Positions 60,914-64,000 of a stretch of 64,000 nucleotides of DNA are shown here, in pieces. The position numbers were made by a program, and so were the translations under genes. The DNA is from Gemmatimonadales bacterium (GTDB taxonomy: Bacteria; Gemmatimonadota; Gemmatimonadetes; Gemmatimonadales; GWC2-71-9). The notes under the pieces are model-generated. The model made no database searches and was not told the origin of the DNA. It was given only the letters and a program-made list of their open reading frames with translations. Where the stretch lies: positions 2,304,001-2,368,000 of the forward strand of contig OZ252244.1 in NCBI GenBank assembly GCA_965249575.1, in the 5' to 3' direction. Every line of letters begins with the position of its first letter. Position 1 is the stretch's first letter.

Positions 60914-61705
60914 CTAGACAATGCTTCTGATGAAGCCGCCGTCGATTTGAAGGGCGACGCCGGTGATATAGCTCGCCCGCTCGGACGCGAGGAACGCCAC
61001 CGCGGCAGCGAACTCCTCGGGCTCTCCCATTCGTCCGACCGGGATGTCGCCGACGAATGATTTCAGCACGGCGTCTGGCTCTCGTTCGGTCTGGCGGGCG
61101 CGCTGCTGAACGAGCTCTTCCACTCGCCCCGTGCGCATGTATCCCGGGAACACGGTGTTCACCGTGATCCCCTCGTCGGCGACCTCTTCGGCAAGGCACT
61201 TGGCGAAGCCCAGCACGCCGGCCCGCGCCGTCGCTGAGAGGATCAGCCCGGGCATGGGCTGCTTGGCTGCGATGCTGGTGAGACAGACGATGCGCCCCCA
61301 TTGGCGCTTTCTCATCAAGGGTACGGCCGCCCTGCACAGGTGAATGGTGGAGAGGAGGTTGAGCTGAATCCCGGCTTCCCAGCTCTCTGGCGAGGCGTCG
61401 TGAAACTGTACGGCAGGGGGCCCGCCCGCGTTACACAACAGGATGTCGACGGATCCAAACCGTTCCCGCACACGGTGGACGAGGTTCGTCGCCTCGTCAG
61501 GCACGCTGACATCGGCCGCAAAGCCCTCTACCTCGGCCGGAAAGGCGTGTGAGATCTCAGCGACGGCGCGCCGGAGGCGTTCCTCGTCGCGGCCGTTGAG
61601 CGCCACGCGACATCCCTCTTCCGCTAGTATACCCGCTACCGCGCGTCCAAGGCCGGTGGACGATCCACAAACCAGGGCGACCCGTCCCGCGATTCTCAAA
61701 TCCAT
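60914..61705 (-). CDS. Short-chain dehydrogenase/reductase
   Basis: GSSTGLG, NAGGPP, LS...R variant active site, GRMGEPEEF, YITG..IDGG. Confidence 0.92.
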   Translation of the reverse strand: MDLRIAGRVALVCGSSTGLGRAVAGILAEEGCRVALNGRDEERLRRAVAEISHAFPAEVEGFAADVSVPDEATNLVHRVRERFGSVDILLCNAGGPPAVQFHDASPESWEAGIQLNLLSTIHLCRAAVPLMRKRQWGRIVCLTSIAAKQPMPGLILSATARAGVLGFAKCLAEEVADEGITVNTVFPGYMRTGRVEELVQQRARQTEREPDAVLKSFVGDIPVGRMGEPEEFAAAVAFLASERASYITGVALQIDGGFIRSIV

Positions 61706-61768
61706 AGATGGAGGCTTCCGAAGGGGGCCTGGTTTGCGGCCCTGTGTGTTCGCCAGCTCGCGGCGAGC

Positions 61769-64000
61769 TCAGGCCGGAGCGCTCGCCCCAGCAGGCTCGA
61801 TGCGGATTGCGCACACTTTGAGCGCCGCCATTTTGGCGTGTGGCTCGAGCACGGGATTGGTTAACAAGTTGGCCGCGGCCTCGCGGAAGTGAAACGGCAC
61901 AAACACTTGTCTGCGTGCCACCCGGTCGGATACCCTGGCCGAGATGAGCATGGAGTTCCGGCGGCTCGTAATCCGCATCAGGTCCCCATCGGTGACACCT
62001 AGCTCCTCCGCGTCGTCTGGGTTGATCTCCATAACGGCCGCCGGCTCGCGCGCGTCGAGACCCTGGGAGCGGCGGGTCATGGTTCCGGTGTGCCAGTGGT
62101 AGAGCTGCCGCCCGGTGTTCATGATGAACGGGTATTCGTCATCCGGGAGCTCTCCCGGATCGGCGTACTGAACCGGGTGGAACGTCGCCTTGCCGTCCCC
62201 TGTCGGAAACCGGTCGTCAAACAGGAATGACGTGCCACGATGGCCGGGCTCGGGCACCGGGTACTGGAGACCCGCGCCACGTAGTGCGTCGTGCGTGACT
62301 CCCGCCCAGGCCGGCGCCAACTGCCGGATCTCTTCCATGACCTCCGTGGCCGACTGGAACGGTGTCTCGAGCCCAACGCGGTTCGAGAGGTCGACAATGA
62401 TCTCCCAATCTGCCCGAGCCTGGCCAGGTGGGCTGACTGCCTTCTCCGAAATTTGAATGCGGCGCTCGGTGTTGACGAACGAGCCGGTCTTTTCGGCGAA
62501 CGACGCCCCGGGCAGCACGACGTCGGCATACCGCGCGGTCTCTGTCAGGAAGAGGTCCTGAACGGCCAGAAACTCGAGGGTGTGAAACCACGCTTCAGCG
62601 TGGGCGATGTCCGGGTCCGAGATGATGGGGTTTTCACCCATGATGTACAGGGCCCGTACCGGTGAACCTTCTCGGGCCATTTCCGTGACCTTGAGCCCTG
62701 GCTCGAGCGACATCGACTCGGGATCGGTCTTCCATGCGCTCGCGAACTTGGCCCGGATCGCCGGATCGCTCACTGGCTGGTAATCCGGATAAACGAAGGG
62801 GATTGCTCCCATGTCCGATGCGCCCTGGACGTTGTTCTGCCCTCTCACGGGCATCATCGCGGCGCCCCAGCGCCCGATCATGCCCGTGGCGAGAATGAGG
62901 TTGAGCATCGACGTCACCATGTCGTGACCCGTGAGATGCTGGGTCAGGCCCATCGCCCAAAGGGTTGTCGTGTTCGGGCCCCGGGCATAGTGCTCAGCCG
63001 CCTCACGAATCAGCCGTTCGGGAACGCCGGTAATCGTCGCGGCGACGGCGGGAGTAACCTCGGCAACTCCCGCGCGCACTTTCTCGAGTCCGTGGGTGCG
63101 CTGTTCGATGAAGGCTCGGTCTTCGAGTCCCTTCTCGAAAATGTGGTTGAGCATCGCGTTGTATAGCGCGACGTCGGTGCCAGGCTGCATCTGGAGGTGG
63201 ATGTTCGCGCGGGCGGCCAGCTCGGTCTTGCGGGGGTCGGCGACGATCAGGAACGCGCCGCGGGCATGGGCGCGCTTGATCGATGCGCCGAAGACCGGGT
63301 GGGTTTCGGTCGTATTGGCACCGGCGATGAAAACGACGTCGCAGGCCTCCTCGACCTCCCGCATCGACCCGGAGGCAGCGGCGGTATTGAGCGCCGCTTG
63401 CATAGCGGACACGCTGGTGGAGTGGCACAGCCGGGTACAGTGGTCGACGTTGTTGGTCCCGAAGGCTGCTCGAAACAGCCGCTGCAACAAGTAATTCTCC
63501 TCGTTCGAGCACTTGGCGCTCTGGAACACGGCCAACCCACTCGAACCGTGATCACGGTGCGCGCGGCGCAGCTCCTGCGCGGCGAGCTCGAGCGCTTCGT
63601 CCCACGTCGCTTCCCGGAATGGCTGCATCCACTCTTCAGGCGTCGCCGCACGGTCTCTCACATCGAGCGCAGCGCGTTCGAGCAGCGGGAGGTCGCGGAT
63701 CCGCTTGCCCTGGGCGCGGGGCGGGGCGGGTCCCTTCGTGGCCTGTCCTTCCTCGGTCATGCTCCGCCACGGGCCGCTCCGCCGTCCGTCGCCGGTCTTG
63801 CCCTTCCACACCCACTGGGCGCCGTCCTTGACCCAACCGCGTCGGATGAGAGGCCGGGTGAGCCGGTCTCTGTGCTGGATGAAGTCGTATCCGAAGCGGC
63901 CCTTAACGCACGTCGAGCCGTCGTTGGGTGTCGTTTCATCGAACGTCGGTGAGGTGACCCGAGCGATGTGGTCATTCTTGACGTGCAGATCGACCTGGCA
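61769..64000 (-). CDS. Formate dehydrogenase alpha subunit (FdhF-like molybdopterin oxidoreductase), 5' end outside the window
   Basis: The frame is open from 64000. Motifs C.KGRFG, NNVDHCTRLCHS (Cys, not Sec), RGQNNVQG, NTERR, TGR.LYHWHTGTMT. Confidence 0.92.
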   Translation of the reverse strand, partial: CQVDLHVKNDHIARVTSPTFDETTPNDGSTCVKGRFGYDFIQHRDRLTRPLIRRGWVKDGAQWVWKGKTGDGRRSGPWRSMTEEGQATKGPAPPRAQGKRIRDLPLLERAALDVRDRAATPEEWMQPFREATWDEALELAAQELRRAHRDHGSSGLAVFQSAKCSNEENYLLQRLFRAAFGTNNVDHCTRLCHSTSVSAMQAALNTAAASGSMREVEEACDVVFIAGANTTETHPVFGASIKRAHARGAFLIVADPRKTELAARANIHLQMQPGTDVALYNAMLNHIFEKGLEDRAFIEQRTHGLEKVRAGVAEVTPAVAATITGVPERLIREAAEHYARGPNTTTLWAMGLTQHLTGHDMVTSMLNLILATGMIGRWGAAMMPVRGQNNVQGASDMGAIPFVYPDYQPVSDPAIRAKFASAWKTDPESMSLEPGLKVTEMAREGSPVRALYIMGENPIISDPDIAHAEAWFHTLEFLAVQDLFLTETARYADVVLPGASFAEKTGSFVNTERRIQISEKAVSPPGQARADWEIIVDLSNRVGLETPFQSATEVMEEIRQLAPAWAGVTHDALRGAGLQYPVPEPGHRGTSFLFDDRFPTGDGKATFHPVQYADPGELPDDEYPFIMNTGRQLYHWHTGTMTRRSQGLDAREPAAVMEINPDDAEELGVTDGDLMRITSRRNSMLISARVSDRVARRQVFVPFHFREAAANLLTNPVLEPHAKMAALKVCAIRIEPAGASAPA

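Noticed and set aside
63420..63450. Selenocysteine recoding in formate dehydrogenase
   Set aside because: The active-site position is an ordinary Cys codon (CTRLCHS) and there is no in-frame TGA.

Overview
High-GC bacterial chromosomal segment made up mostly of housekeeping genes. Gene content and order suggest Gemmatimonadota (inference, not tested). I found no rRNA, tRNA, CRISPR array or recognisable mobile element. In order, the window holds: a Lon-N domain gene (partial), a sigma-70 factor, aroB/phzF/pduO, a broken tamA/tamB pair, a lipid kinase, an S58 peptidase, a HAD hydrolase, acpS and a cytochrome c-FTR1 iron permease with a Fur-like box. Next is a ~15 kb minus-strand string (yebC-ruvC-ruvA-[small Zn protein]-ruvB-queA-tgt-yajC-def-fmt-thiE-thiS-thiG-rsmB-PASTA-rpe-tlpA-ybbR-tsaD-lgt). 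After it come a DnaB C-terminal-only paralogue, envelope genes around a PorX-like receiver-PglZ protein, a patatin-ferredoxin fusion, tyrS and PBP1A. The rest is argR with an ARG-box-controlled arg operon, HNH/yjbQ/acyl-CoA synthetase/NYN/MPG, kbl-tdh, an SDR and a partial formate dehydrogenase alpha subunit. The best candidate for new biology is the first gene of the arg operon, a DUF1611/DgcN-like P-loop protein. It sits where argA/argJ is missing and may be an unrecognised N-acetylglutamate synthase. Also notable: two unannotated small Cys-rich proteins (one translationally coupled between ruvA and ruvB), repeated apparent CTG/ATA start codons, and signs of assembly problems (three junctions, two frameshifts, one nonsense codon). 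All product calls come from motif recognition, not database searches.
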